A stretch of 64,000 nucleotides of DNA from Azolla caroliniana. Its lineage: Eukaryota > Plantae > Polypodiophyta. The stretch lies in NCBI GenBank assembly GCA_043228905.1, contig JBHGNT010000016.1:16182001-16246000 (forward strand), written 5' to 3'. Positions 14,201 to 26,219 of this stretch are shown in pieces; the first letter of the stretch is position 1, and the number at the start of each line of letters is the position of its first letter. Both the position numbers and the translations under genes were made by a program. Under the pieces are notes generated by a model. That model did no database searches. It saw nothing but the letters and a program-made list of their open reading frames with translations, and was not told where the DNA came from.

Positions 14201-15099
14201 GTCTTTTTCTTCTCTGCGTATGTCTTCTCTTTTATCTCTGCGTCGGTCTTCTCCTGGCGACCTTCTCTTCACCTGTCATTCTGTCCGGCCGTTGTTTCCA
14301 CTAGCCATCCGGTCACCGTCTAACCGTCTGTTGGCGGTCTAGCTAGCTGTTCGTCGGTCGCCAGGCTCTGTCCGTAACCGTCTCCATTGGTTGGTTGGCT
14401 CCATCCGCTGTCCGTGGGATGTCTCTGTTCGGCCTGCCCATTGGCCATGTCTTTTCGGCCCTCTGTTGGACGTCTGTCATCTCTCGCCCGATTCAACTGC
14501 ACCTATGCACTGGCCGACTCTGTTCGGGGCCGTCTTTCTGCCTCAATTTCTCGGTCATTTGGCTAGCTGATTGCTGGACCGTTTGTCCAGCCGTTGCCGT
14601 CCGTCGCCTGTCCTCTGAATGTCTGTGGCTTGGCCGTCTCTTTCTCTCCTTTGGCCGGCTCCCTGTTTGTCTGCCGCCATCAGTTGTCGCCGTATCTCGG
14701 TAGGCTCTTGGCTGACGTTGATCTCTCAGCCGATTCTTGGCCCAACCTTCTCTCAGCCATCACTTGGCCGTACTCTCGGTCGCGCCTCTCACTCGTACAC
14801 TCAGCCACACGTCTCGGCCGCATACTTGGTCGTGTGTCTCGGCTGTACTCTCGACCGTGCGTCTCAGCGATATTCTAGAGTCTTGGCTGTGCTCTAGGCC
14901 ACGTGTCTCGACCGTACACTCAACCACGCTTCTCGGCCATAATCTGGGCCACGCGTCTCAGTTGTACTCTTGGCTGTGCTCTTGGCCACGCATCTTGGGT
15001 TCTCGGCCGAATCTCAAGTTCTTTTCAGGGCCATCACGTCCATCAGCCTTGTCTGCCGGCTTCTTCGTCGTTGGTCGGTCGTTTCAGTCTGGCCTCCCA

Positions 15100-15490
15100 C
15101 TATTTCTTTATCCTCATGGAGCTATTACCATACAATCGAACTTTCCCATCTTTGGAACCAACAACAACAAATCCATCACCATGCCGATCTCTCATATCCC
15201 ATCGGCACAACTTGTTGTCATCAAGGCCCAAGAAAATAGAACCAGGCACGTCAATCTATGAACCTTTGCTCTCGTTGGTCTTGTCAAGTGTCATGATGGA
15301 GTGCCATCCTATTTCCACTCTACCACAACTTTGCGTGTGGGAAGGTCAAGGGGAATGCAACTTATCTGCTGTAGGGGTTAACAACATCATATTCATCTCT
15401 CCCGTCATAAGCATAGCTTTCTTTGGAGTTGAATTTGAATCAATCCCTGACATTTTCTTCTCATACCTCACAATCGTTCTGAGACACCCC
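15100..15490 (-). pseudogene. Captured fragment of a host VID27/CYPRO4 (DEM-like) WD40 gene
   Basis: Minus-strand translation gives TPKKAMLMTGEMNMMLLTP, KVVVEWK*DGT, TNESKGS*ID, FLGLDDNKLCRWDMRDRHG and DGFVVVGSKDGKVRLY. I recognise these as motifs of plant VID27-family proteins. It has stops, a frameshift and internal deletions. Confidence 0.8.
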
Positions 15491-17181
15491 ATGGAAGCAG
15501 CCCTAGAACCAGACACCGAAGCACGGCGGGAAAGCCCTAGAACAAAACGGCACAGATTGGACAGGAAAGATGGGCGGGGGTTGGTAAAAAATGCCCCCAC
15601 GGATCCGGAGGCACCGATTGCAGGCGAAGGCCCCGCAATAGCAGAGCCGAATACCACCTTCGAAATCATCTGGGAGCCACGACCGATTATTACGACTCAG
15701 TCCCAACGAGGGAAACCCATATTGACGGCAGAAAGCGAGGTTTTGGCATATCCGGATATTCCGGATACGGCCCACGAATTCAGCGCCCTCTTGCAGTTCG
15801 GTACCTCTTTTGAGCTCATGGATTTCCTCGCAACACAACAGGTCAAAGCCGCCCAACGAATGGCCGAGGAGCATGCGGAACGTCAGATGATAGAGCACGC
15901 CCTAACACAAACAATGGAGAGCAACGATGAGGATCGACTAGCTAGGGTCAGCAGACAGAGGAACGCCGAGGTACGACGAGTAGGGATGGAGATACCACCC
16001 TTAAACACGGCCCTAGTCAAAGTCCATCGGGAACTGGCAAAGGTTAGCACGGGCGCCAAGGAGATGGCCATAAAAAATAAGAATGTCTAGAAGAAGGTTA
16101 AACTGACCGAAGTCGAACTACAAAAGGCCAACGCACGCATCGCGGAGTTGGAAGCTCACACGACTACGGCGCAACACGAAACCCCGCCACCGAACCACGT
16201 TATCAACACTCTCAAAGAAGAAATTGAGGCTCAGACCGCCATTCCCTCAAAAGCAAAAAGGGTCGTGCAGCTAGCGAAATCCGAAATTGACTGTCTTCGA
16301 GCAGAACTACGCCAATCCTCCGACAGAGAAAAGGAGATATGGGCTAACGGATGAAAGGCCGTAAAAACGCTTGAAGAGAAACTAGCTATGGAGGTAGCCA
16401 GCACATCCGGACAAAAGATGACAACGCCCAATTATGAGAGGACGCGAAGAAATCCGAGGCGGCAATAGCGGGACTTCGGGCCTTATTAGAAAAAAAGAAG
16501 GTATGGTTCGATGAGCAGTTGGTAGTCGAACAAGACAGAAGGCATCAACTCAAAATCCGCCTAAACAATGAAATGGGGAAATTAGAAGAACAACATGCAA
16601 AGGAATCCCAGCTGTGGGCGGGCCTGAAGGCCACGTATGAGGAAGAGGCAACCGTTAAACAGTAGGAAATCGCGAATCTCCAGAAGTCGATGGAAGACGC
16701 ATGCAACTGCTGCCAGGCCATCACGGATAACGTGCGCATCCTTCTCCAAACCAACTGGGAAAGGTCCACAACGCAATTGAAAACGGAGTTGGACAAATGA
16801 TGGATGGCGTGGGCAACCCAAGCAACGGAATTGCACGCGTATCATGCGGACTGGGAAAACCGCCGAAAAGACGACCGAGGGTTTTATAAGCTAAACGAGG
16901 AGAGCATTGCGACCGTACGGGAGGACCTAGCGCAAGACTATCGCGCGTTAGCAGACCAACACTCCGAGGAACTCGCACAACTCCTAGATGATTTTGGTGA
17001 AAGTCAGGAGGAGCTATTTCACCAGATCACACAAACCGGCAACACGCACACAAACGAGGAACCCTACGGGACACCAATTCCGGTCACAACCGAAGAAGAG
17101 GAACCTCAGGCCCGATCACCAGGGATGACAACGGGGGAGAAGCGGGGACGAATGAGCGGAGTTCCCCATAGGACTAGATAG
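15491..17181 (+). pseudogene. Antisense accessory ORF of the Tat-like element (long coiled-coil protein), interrupted
   Basis: ATG at 15491. Collinear E/K/A/Q-rich helical ORF pieces (to 16090, 16148-16354, 16804-17181) separated by stops and a frameshift. Confidence 0.55.
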
Positions 17182-17541
17182 CGAAACCATTAACCAACAA
17201 GAGGTCCAGCCCACACCATCTTCCGAAAACACGGAAAATAGTGCGGACCAGGCGGAATCCCCGCCCCATGCCCAGGGACACACAAAAACGGCCAACACCG
17301 CGGAGGACGTAACCATAGAGGCTGAGCTGCAGCCAACTGCAAGCGCGCTACCGGCGGAGCCCAGCCCACTAACTCAAGAAGAGCCCACTGTACCCGGACC
17401 ACCCGCCCACGACGAAGGCGACTCCGGGAGAAACCAGGCCGACCAAGTAGAGGAGCCGCACCACAATGCACCTACGGGCCCTACATCAACTCCGGACGAG
17501 GACACCACAACAGAGCCGAACATCCGGGCCATTTTGGAAGA

Positions 17542-17710
17542 AGATTAACGAGATGGGTCTGACGTGCAAAGGCACTGTCCCACCAGGCGTGCCAAAAGTG
17601 TTGTTGGGGTGGGGGGTGAAGCCTAGATTAACGGGATGGGTCCAAACGTGCAAAGGCACTGTCCCACCAGGCGTGCCAAAAGTGTTGTTGGGGTGGGGGG
17701 TGAAGCCTAG
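17542..17710. repeat. About 83-bp tandem duplication of the PBS and adjacent LTR edge
   Basis: AGATTAACG...GTCCCACCAGGCGTGCCAAAAGTGTTGTTGGGGTGGGGGGTGAAGCCT begins at 17542 and again at 17625. Confidence 0.9.
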
Positions 17711-20700
17711 AATGGCTTCACCCCCTCCCAAGGGGGTTACGTTAGAGAGAGAGCGAGAGAGAAAGAAAAATAGAAAATGACACCAAATGAGAGGGGAAAA
17801 AACTATATCCCATTACATGCCCTATAAGGGATTTATATAATACATAATGTAACGGTAAATAATATGTCTGTTACAAAAAGAAACCGTTACATTCTTGTCA
17901 CATGCACATAATTGTGCATGTGCTCACACATACTCATCCTCACACTAATACACATTACACATACCGAACAACCCCTTTAATATGTTTTACCCTTATACCG
18001 CCCGTACAACTCCTACGGGTAACACATATGAGGGGGAAGATCAAGACGAAATGCCACATCATTGATCTTACCAAATATCACATATGGGCCAAAACGTTGA
18101 TAATCCAATTTGCAGCAAGGTCGGGTTGTTTTAATGCAACCTTGTAAAAGCCATACTCGATCTCCCACATGAAACGTAGTCGATGAATCACGTCGATGAC
18201 GGTTAGCAACCTTCTTTTGAGTGTTTTGAGCATCACATAAATGGTGCAAAAGAATATCTTGAACTTCTTGGAGTTGGGTGAGCCGATCTTCAGCAGTCGG
18301 GTTTGTCGGGAGTTCGGGATGTTCAAGCATAGTCCAACGAGGATGGTACCCAATGTTTGCAAAAAATGGGGAATATCCAGTAGAAGAATGTTCAGATTTG
18401 TTGTAAGCAAATTCTGCCAAATGTAATAGATCAACCCAATCATCTTGTTGATAGTTCACAAAACAACAAAGATATTGTTCTACTGTTTGGTTGGTGCGTT
18501 CACTTTGTCCGTTAGTTTCTGGATGGTACCCGGAAGAGAGTTTGCAAGAAGTATGTAAGAGTTTGAACATGTGCCACCAAAATTTTGAGATGAACTGGGG
18601 ACCCCAATCACTGATAATATCATCAGGAAGACCATGATGCCGAAACACTTCTCGCATGAGTAGCTCGGCTGTCTCTTGGCTCGTAATGGCCTTTGTGCAA
18701 GGAAGAAAATGTGCCAACTTGGTAAAACGATCTACTACCGTGAGAATAGAATCAAAACCTTAGGAAGGTGGTAGATCTGTAATGAAGTCCAATGAAATAG
18801 ATTTCCATGTACTCTCAGGAATAGGCATTGGCTGTAATAAGCCTATGGATGATGTCGAGGTTTTTTGGATTGGCCACATGTATCACAACTACGAACATAA
18901 TCCGTAACAAAATGGCGAAGTTGTGGCCACCAATACCTTCGAGAAATTAACGCCAAAGTCTTGTGGATGCCAAAATGTCCAGCCATTGGTGTATCATGAC
19001 ATTGTTGCAAGACTTGGAGTTGAGAAGGACCATCAGGCACATATAAGAGATTTTGTCGAAAAAGTAAACCATCATGCCAATTGAACTGGTTGTAGTCTTG
19101 ATGAGGATTTTGAGATTGTGAACAAGAAGCACGATCTGGGATAATATGGTTCAGAATATCTTGGGCGAATTCATCAGTCTCAATATGCTCCCGATTGGAG
19201 TCCAGAAGACTTGAATCCTCGGGTGTGTCTATAGCATGAAAAGCCATTAGTCGTAGACGGTCAGGACCCAAAGGATTTGCTTCTGACTTTCAAATGCGGC
19301 CTCTCCTGGTTGAAGTTCCATATATGAACGCCGAGATAAAGCATTTGCTTTGCCTTGTTGCGTCCCAGGGCGATATAGAATTACGAAATCAAAACGAGTT
19401 AAAAACTACGCCCAACGAGCTTGTCAACGACTCAAGACTCGAGCCCTTTGGAAGTACGTTAGATTTTTGTGATCATTATAGACAATGATTTGTTGAGACG
19501 AACCTTCCAAAAAATGATGCCATTATTGAAAAGAATCCACAATGGCAAGAAGCTCTTTGTCGTGAATCTCATAGTTGATTTCTACAGCTTCGAATTTCCG
19601 TGAATTAAAAGCCACAGTGTGCAGTTGGCCATCATTGCTAATCTGGGATAATACGCTTCCTAGTGCGAAGTCGGATGCATCAGCTTCCAGTATAAAGCGC
19701 TTCAATGGATCAACATGCATCAAAATTGGTGTGGATGTAAATGCTTGCTTTAATCCTTCAAATGCAGAGTTTGCATTTATACTCCACACAAATGGTTGAT
19801 TCTTCTGTGTCAGTTGAGTGAGGGGCAATACGATCTTTGAATAATCTTTGATGAACTTGCGATAAAAGTTTGTGAACCCTAAAAAACATTGTACATCTCG
19901 CATAGACTGTGGTGTTTGCCAATCCAAAACTGTTTGAACCTTTGCTGGATCCATAGAGATGCCATGTCACGAGACTATGTACCCCAAAAATTCCACTTGA
20001 CGTTGGTCAAAACTGCACTTCTCCAATTTTGCATAGAGACCCTTAGCCTACTCTTTGTAATCCTTTCTCTCTTATAATATAAACTCTCTTTCCATTTCTA
20101 GTGTTCTTTCTCTCTCTCCCTCTACCTTCTATTGTCATCTTATTTTTCTCTCTCCTATTCTCAAGTCACGACTGTTTGAACCGAATGAGTTGTGATGAAT
20201 GAATAGACACCTATTCATAGGTCCTTATGGAGTATTCTAGAATATTTTAGATATTTATGATATTTAATATAATCATGGAATATCCTAGAATGTTCTAGAG
20301 TACTCTAGAATGTTCTGGAATACTCTAGAATGTTCTCGAATACTCTAAATATCTTGGAATAACTAATAATATATTTATTATAACTATACATCATATATGT
20401 TAGTATAATGGTTAAAGGTCTAACATATAGACCTAGACATCTTGGGCTCAAATCCTTGTAAGGCCAAAATGTATATCGTCATGACATTGGCTTCATCACA
20501 ATTTTCACATTAAGAATTTTCAACAATGGTCATATTGGATTCCTTCTTCTTCTCATTGCACTTAGCAAGCTTTCTACAGTCATCAATAGTATGACCAACC
20601 TTACGACAATATTTGCATCTCTTCTTCTTTTGCAAATCACCATCATTAGAGGAATAAGTGGAACAAGAAGGTTGAGGCTTTGGTTTTCATGAACCCAAAG

Positions 20701-23700
20701 TTGAACCATACTTGCTTTTGTGTCACATGCCCATTTCAATGTAGAGCATGACTGAATATGTGGAACTATATGACGCTTCACAAAAAATGCAATCATTGTA
20801 TCAGTTTGAGCATCTTTGCCATCCTATGTAGATGGAGTAAATGTAGCCACTGTGTTGCAAGAAGAACCTGTATTTGTCACAATAGACTGTGAATCTACAT
20901 TTGCAACTATGTTCCATAATTGTTTGGTATCAAGAACATGTTTCATCATGTAGGACCATATCGGATAGTTAGTCCCATCGAGATTATCTTTAGCTTGAGG
21001 CATGCCAAACACGTCACTGTTGTTTTCCATTTCACCAAAGAACAAGAAAGTGGCTAAATCTTACTTCCACGAAATTTGAAATGAGTGTTGAAATTCACTT
21101 CCCTATGTTCGAAAGCCGACTTGCATTGTAAAAAGTGCAGACGCTCCACGACGCAAAAAACCGAAAAATGGAGAAATTGAAGAACTTTCTCTTTCTCTAA
21201 TACCACAGTTGGGTGTGTATAGGAGAGTGAGAGACACACAAGAAGTACAAATGCAACACGACATGCGGAGAAGATGATGGCTGCAATAACTCTCTCTATT
21301 GATGATTGCTGAACAGAAGTAAGAGCTGAAATATATCCCTAAGTACAAATTACCACAACATATGTGTAAATCATGTATGTGGTCGCATGGGGATAAAACC
21401 CCTAGCCAACACTAGAGTAAAAAGTGCCCATGTATAGACAAAAGGTTCACATCAAAGCTACTCGAAGAACACATAAGTGTAACTGACCCCTCTGAGGAAA
21501 GGCCCTTGTTCCTTTACTTTATAAAAAAGGGTTCCAAATGGGATGTGTTTATTTCCATGAATTTTGGAAATTAAACTTTCTTTTGTCCAATGTCATTATG
21601 TAGACGCAATATTGGCCTTGATCGGCGTGCCAAGTTTGACTCACATCCTTTGATTTTTGTTTCCCCTTTGCATTCCTTTTAGCTCAGTTCTGCATTTTGA
21701 AAATTTTGCCATGACCTTTTTAGCAACCTCTTCATGTCATCATAACAAAGTCTTTAGTGTGACATTCTAGAACCCTTGTTTTGTCAAATTTGAGGAAATT
21801 CTTGTATATTCACACTTAGTATTTAGATTTCAGAGTCAAAATATTTATTGGATTCAGTCAGAGACAATACCTTACCAGAAATGTTTTTAGAGGTATTTAA
21901 ATCTCAAATTATATCTAGAGCTCACAAAATTTACATAAGATAGTCTTTGTTACATGAAGGGGTTTGATTAACAAGTAGATATTATATGATTCGTAATAAG
22001 ATCTTTAGAATTTTGGCATAGTGGACATCTCCTTTTGTCGTCAACAATCTTCATTCCCTATGGCAAGCTCAAATGAAATTCCACAACTTCTACTACCTTG
22101 TGAAAAAAGTGAGAGCCCTCAACAAATAATCTCCATTGTCCCATTTATATCTTTCTCATGCTTCCCTTACACATAAGGGTTTTCAACCTCATCCTATTGC
22201 ATCTTCTTCTTATCATAACATCATCATAACCTTCAACCATTTGGAACCATGGAGTTTGATGTTGTTCTTTCTATGAGCACACCACATCATCACAATGACA
22301 TGTTAACAAGTGAGCAACAGTGGCCATTGGAGATGTCATATACTGCGAAAAGGAGGGTAGAGAGAAACCTCTGAATAGGGAGGTAATTGAGTCAAAGCTA
22401 GAGCCTGGGAGACGGAAGTGAATAGGGTTCAACTATATTTAGAAGGAGGAATTGTGGGCCACTTTAAAGTTTGGGAACTAGAGAAGTTGCCAACCTATGG
22501 TGGGGACAAAAGAGGTTGGGCATAATAGAGAACTAACCCATGAGGATTGGCGGCCACGTATATGCACATGCATGTTTTGCCCGACCAGGATCAAAGGGGA
22601 CTTAAACCAAGGAGAACATGATGTTATAAAAAAGGTACTAGAAACCTTCATTAAAAGCATTCGTCATTTGCCTTTGTGCAATCCTGTCCCATTTTGGGTA
22701 ACCTGCTCGAGGAATTCCATTAGAGAAATCAGTTTGGGGAATTCTTCTTGGGGAATTCCCTTTGTGAATTCCTCTCAATGAATCTTTTCACAAAAAATAT
22801 TTCCTTTTGTGGGATCTTCTTGTAGAATATTCCCATTCTTGGAATTCCTCACAATGAATTAAAAGGGAGATCAAACAAATGAATGGGTGATTACATAATC
22901 AAGGCTCACTCATGGATTGCTCCCCCATTCGAATACTCTCTTCCAGTGACACCACAAATCAACCTCTCTATCTCTCTTCCTAACACACGTACACAAATAG
23001 GTCAACAAAGTATTAGGGATAGGTACAATTGCTTAATTTAACAAGATTAAGATTAAGAACAAAATTACTAGTTCCATTACAATGATAACCCTTTCAAAAT
23101 AGTGTATACAAGTTGTGTGAGTTCTAAATTAGGGGTTTTTGGTTGGGCTAACACACATATAGCACCCCTGCATCCAATGGCTTCAACACCTCAATGTAGG
23201 ATCCTCACACTGTCCTCTTGCTTCCTTCTTGATCTTTCGACTTTCGCCTCTTGTGCTCCTTCACCCAAATTGAGAAAAATGGAAAATAAACCTCCCACCA
23301 CCAAAATTTCCTAATCCTCAATAATAAATAAGAAGAACAGGAAGAAGTAATAATCTTGAAACTCTAACTGAACCCAAATAAGAAGAGGTAAAACGAGAAG
23401 TGGCACAATATTCCACTCTCAAACCAAAAACCCAAAAGGTTTAAAACCAGAAAAGATGAAAAGAAAGAGAAGTTCCCCAACATCCACTCTCACACTAACA
23501 AAAAGAACCTTAAAACCCAAGGTATCAAGAAGAGGAAAATAACCTCCCAAAAAGCTTAACCTCAAAATTGGTTGAACCTGTCAATAAGGCCTCCAATACC
23601 CCATTGATAGAGAGAGAAGGAACCCACCTAGCACAAGTAATATTAGCTATGCTCTTTTCATTGAAATGAGAAAAGTAGATTCCTCCCATTTAGGGACTTT

Positions 23701-23740
23701 TTAAGATTTGAATCCTTCCTTTTTTTTCATAGTGTTTACA

Positions 23741-23841
23741 TCCTTCAATATTTCGCTATTTTCTTGCAATTATTGTAATACTCACACAACACTATCCTTC
23801 AATATTTCGCTATTTTCTTGCAATTATTGTAATACTCACAC
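23741..23841. repeat. 54-bp-period tandem duplication
   Basis: TCCTTCAATATTTCGCTATTTTCTTGCAATTATTGTAATACTCACAC at 23741 and 23795. Confidence 0.9.
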
Positions 23842-24869
23842 TTATTTGTATCTCTTGTGTATATCACTTTATCACTTTTTTTTCACCTTTTCATCTTTAT
23901 TTTACCATTGGACTCGCCACATCAGAACATCAATAGAGCATGTCCTACTTTTTAGAAACACTTTATTTAACTCTAAATTTATTGGAAACTCTCCTTGAGC
24001 TACCATGGAAAGAATGATGGTTTAATTAAACATACAAATCAGAATTTGGAGTTGTATATTTGTTCTTTCATCGGTCACTACTGATATGATGATTGGATTG
24101 ACTTTTAGACTCTGTAGATTATATCTACTACATTCTTGCACTAGGTATACTTCCTTCTTTGTTAACTTGGGACACCATCCTCATTAGACAATGTTTGCAC
24201 CTCACAAAATCTTGAAAAATCCCGTTCAAAAATCATTTACTTCGATTGGAAGTGGCTCACTCTACTCTTTCCTACCACTTACATATTGTTCAAGGCGCAC
24301 ATAAGGCATTTACAAATCATTAATGTTTTGAAAGATCTAATGTTAGGATTGGGGATTATGTATATATGGTTCTTAAGAAGTAAAAAAAAGATCACCTAAC
24401 ACACAACAACTTGGATTATAAATGCTATCCATTTGTTATAAGTAACTACATCAATGAATCCACCTTCTTCTTCTTTACTTTCTTCTTTTCAAATCTCTAA
24501 TAATCCATCTTCTTTGTAGGTTTTTGGTTGCATTCTCGATAGGATATATTTGATTTCTAATGGATATATACTTCAATCTAGATAAGGTGTTCAAGATATT
24601 TTAGAATATATACTAAATATAGACCTTATTATCCCCTTTTTTACATTGATCTACATTTTCTGTCATTACTCTCTCTAATTCCAATTTCAACATGGAAGAT
24701 ATTACTACCAAGCACTCATCATTAGCTTTTTAAAAAATCAATTCTTTGCTCTCAATTGGGATAGCTGATGCAAGAATTATGTGCATTTGTTCTTTATCTG
24801 AATTTTCATATGCATGGATTGCGCTTTTTCTACTTTTTCACTTTAAGATAAGTAATACACGGCATAACT

Positions 24870-26219
24870 TGTTAGGAATATTTCCCTCTAGTGAGAGGAG
24901 CCGACTGTTCGGGCCAAGAAATGCCGACAATTGAAGACTAGGAGGAGCCAACTGTTCGGGCCGAGTACCGATGGTTGAAGAATCGATTGCACGAATATCA
25001 ACTGTGAGAGGTGATTTGGTGAGTTGACAGAAAGGAGGTCTAGGTCGAAGACATGACCGACTATTTGGGTTGACGAAGTGCTCGATGACTAGGCCGACTA
25101 GTCGGACCGACTGGACAGTCGACACTAGAGTCGGTTGATGGCTACTTATTATTATATATAAGAGTAGCAATGATGTGTAGTAGGGGCTACATTTGTAAAT
25201 AGTCAATACTATGTATTAGTATAAATACACCTAGGGCAAACAATGTATTATACACAGTGAGAGAGAGAGAGAGAGAAGACGTGTGATAGAATAGCTTGAG
25301 TGCCATCGCGGTGTGCGTAGAGAGAGAGTGAGCGGTGCCATAGCTATGTTTTGTAACAATAGACACTAAGAACCCTGTGAGGCAGATACACTCCATTCAG
25401 AGAGTGTTGTAATTTTCGCTATTTCCATTGTATAGTGAAGAACACCCTGAACCTCACTGATGAGAAAGATCATACAGTTGAAATACAGAGACAGTGAGGG
25501 CATCATCGAACACATCAACACATTATAGGGTATGTAAACCAACTTGCCGCAACCAAGTTTCCCCTGATGATGATATGCAGCCCATCCTAGTGATGTGCAC
25601 ACTGTCGGATAGCTGGGAGAACCTGGTGGTTACTCTCAGCACCTCCTATGAAGAAGAGAACTTGTCTTTACAAACGGTAAAGACAAGCATCCAGAATGAG
25701 GAAGGGAGAAGGAAGGAGAAGGGTGTCCTAGTTCAATCAAAGTCAAATTTGACTCAACATACTGGCAGGGGAAGAAATTGACAAAGGAGTCCATTAAGGA
25801 GGGACAAATCACACGTCAGATCCAAGTCCAAAGGCAAGCTCGTGTGCTTTTATTGTGGAAAGTCTGGACACTTCTAGAAGGACTGCCGACATTTCAAGAA
25901 AGAAATGAGTGTCGGTAATAATGTCGACCCCGAAAGATTTCTAAAGAAAAGAAGACTTCAGTGATTGCTACGAGCAATGAAGAACTTTTGTTCCTTTGTG
26001 AACAGAGAAGTGCAAATCCTGCAAGTGAAGAATGCACTTGGGTGATTGATTCCGGTGCATCTTTCCACATAACTCCATTGAGAGAGTATTTCTCGACTTA
26101 CATAATCAATGATCATGGTTATGTAAAGATGGCTGACAGTGCAGAGTGCAAGATAGCAAGAGTTAGAAGTGTTTGTTTGACAACGTGGACAAGGTGTTGA
26201 CTGACTCTAAAGGACGTTC
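24870..26219 (+). mobile_element. Ty1/copia 5' fragment: LTR with gag and protease remnants
   Basis: LTR-like sequence starting TGTTAGG. Gag LSDSWENLVVTLS, zinc knuckle CFYCGKSGH, protease WVIDSGASFHIT. Confidence 0.75.

Larger units (their letters stand above)
13290..18024 (-). mobile_element. Non-autonomous LTR retrotransposon (Tat-like, tRNA-Arg primed), TSD CATAT
   Basis: Near-identical LTRs of about 341 bp at 13290-13630 and 17683-18024. TSD CATAT at 13285-13289 and 18025-18029. PBS TGGCACGCCTGGTGGGAC on the minus strand next to the right LTR. No gag or pol motifs seen. Orientation inferred from the LTR TATA box and CT tract. Confidence 0.88.
12520..20486 (-). mobile_element. Ty3/gypsy chromovirus lacking gag, protease and most of RT
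   Basis: LTRs at 12520-12950 and about 20043-20486, both ending TGACA. TSD TTGGT/TTGGC. PPT complement ATCCCCCCTTTT at about 12953. RNase H (EADASDFALG, NYEIHDKELL), integrase at 18013-19271, chromodomain at about 13020-13180. Confidence 0.88.
11390..21410 (-). mobile_element. Decayed Ty1/copia (gag at about 20490-21050; pre-integrase and integrase at about 11390-12500), split by a chromovirus
   Basis: Gag start LDGTNYPIWSYMMKHVL. GAG-pre-integrase LKNALYVLGIKKN..ELWH. Degenerate PBS CTCTAATACCA at about 21195-21205. Confidence 0.7.

Noticed and set aside
21420-24860. Possible decayed TE coding sequence
   Set aside because: No motif could be assigned with confidence by eye.
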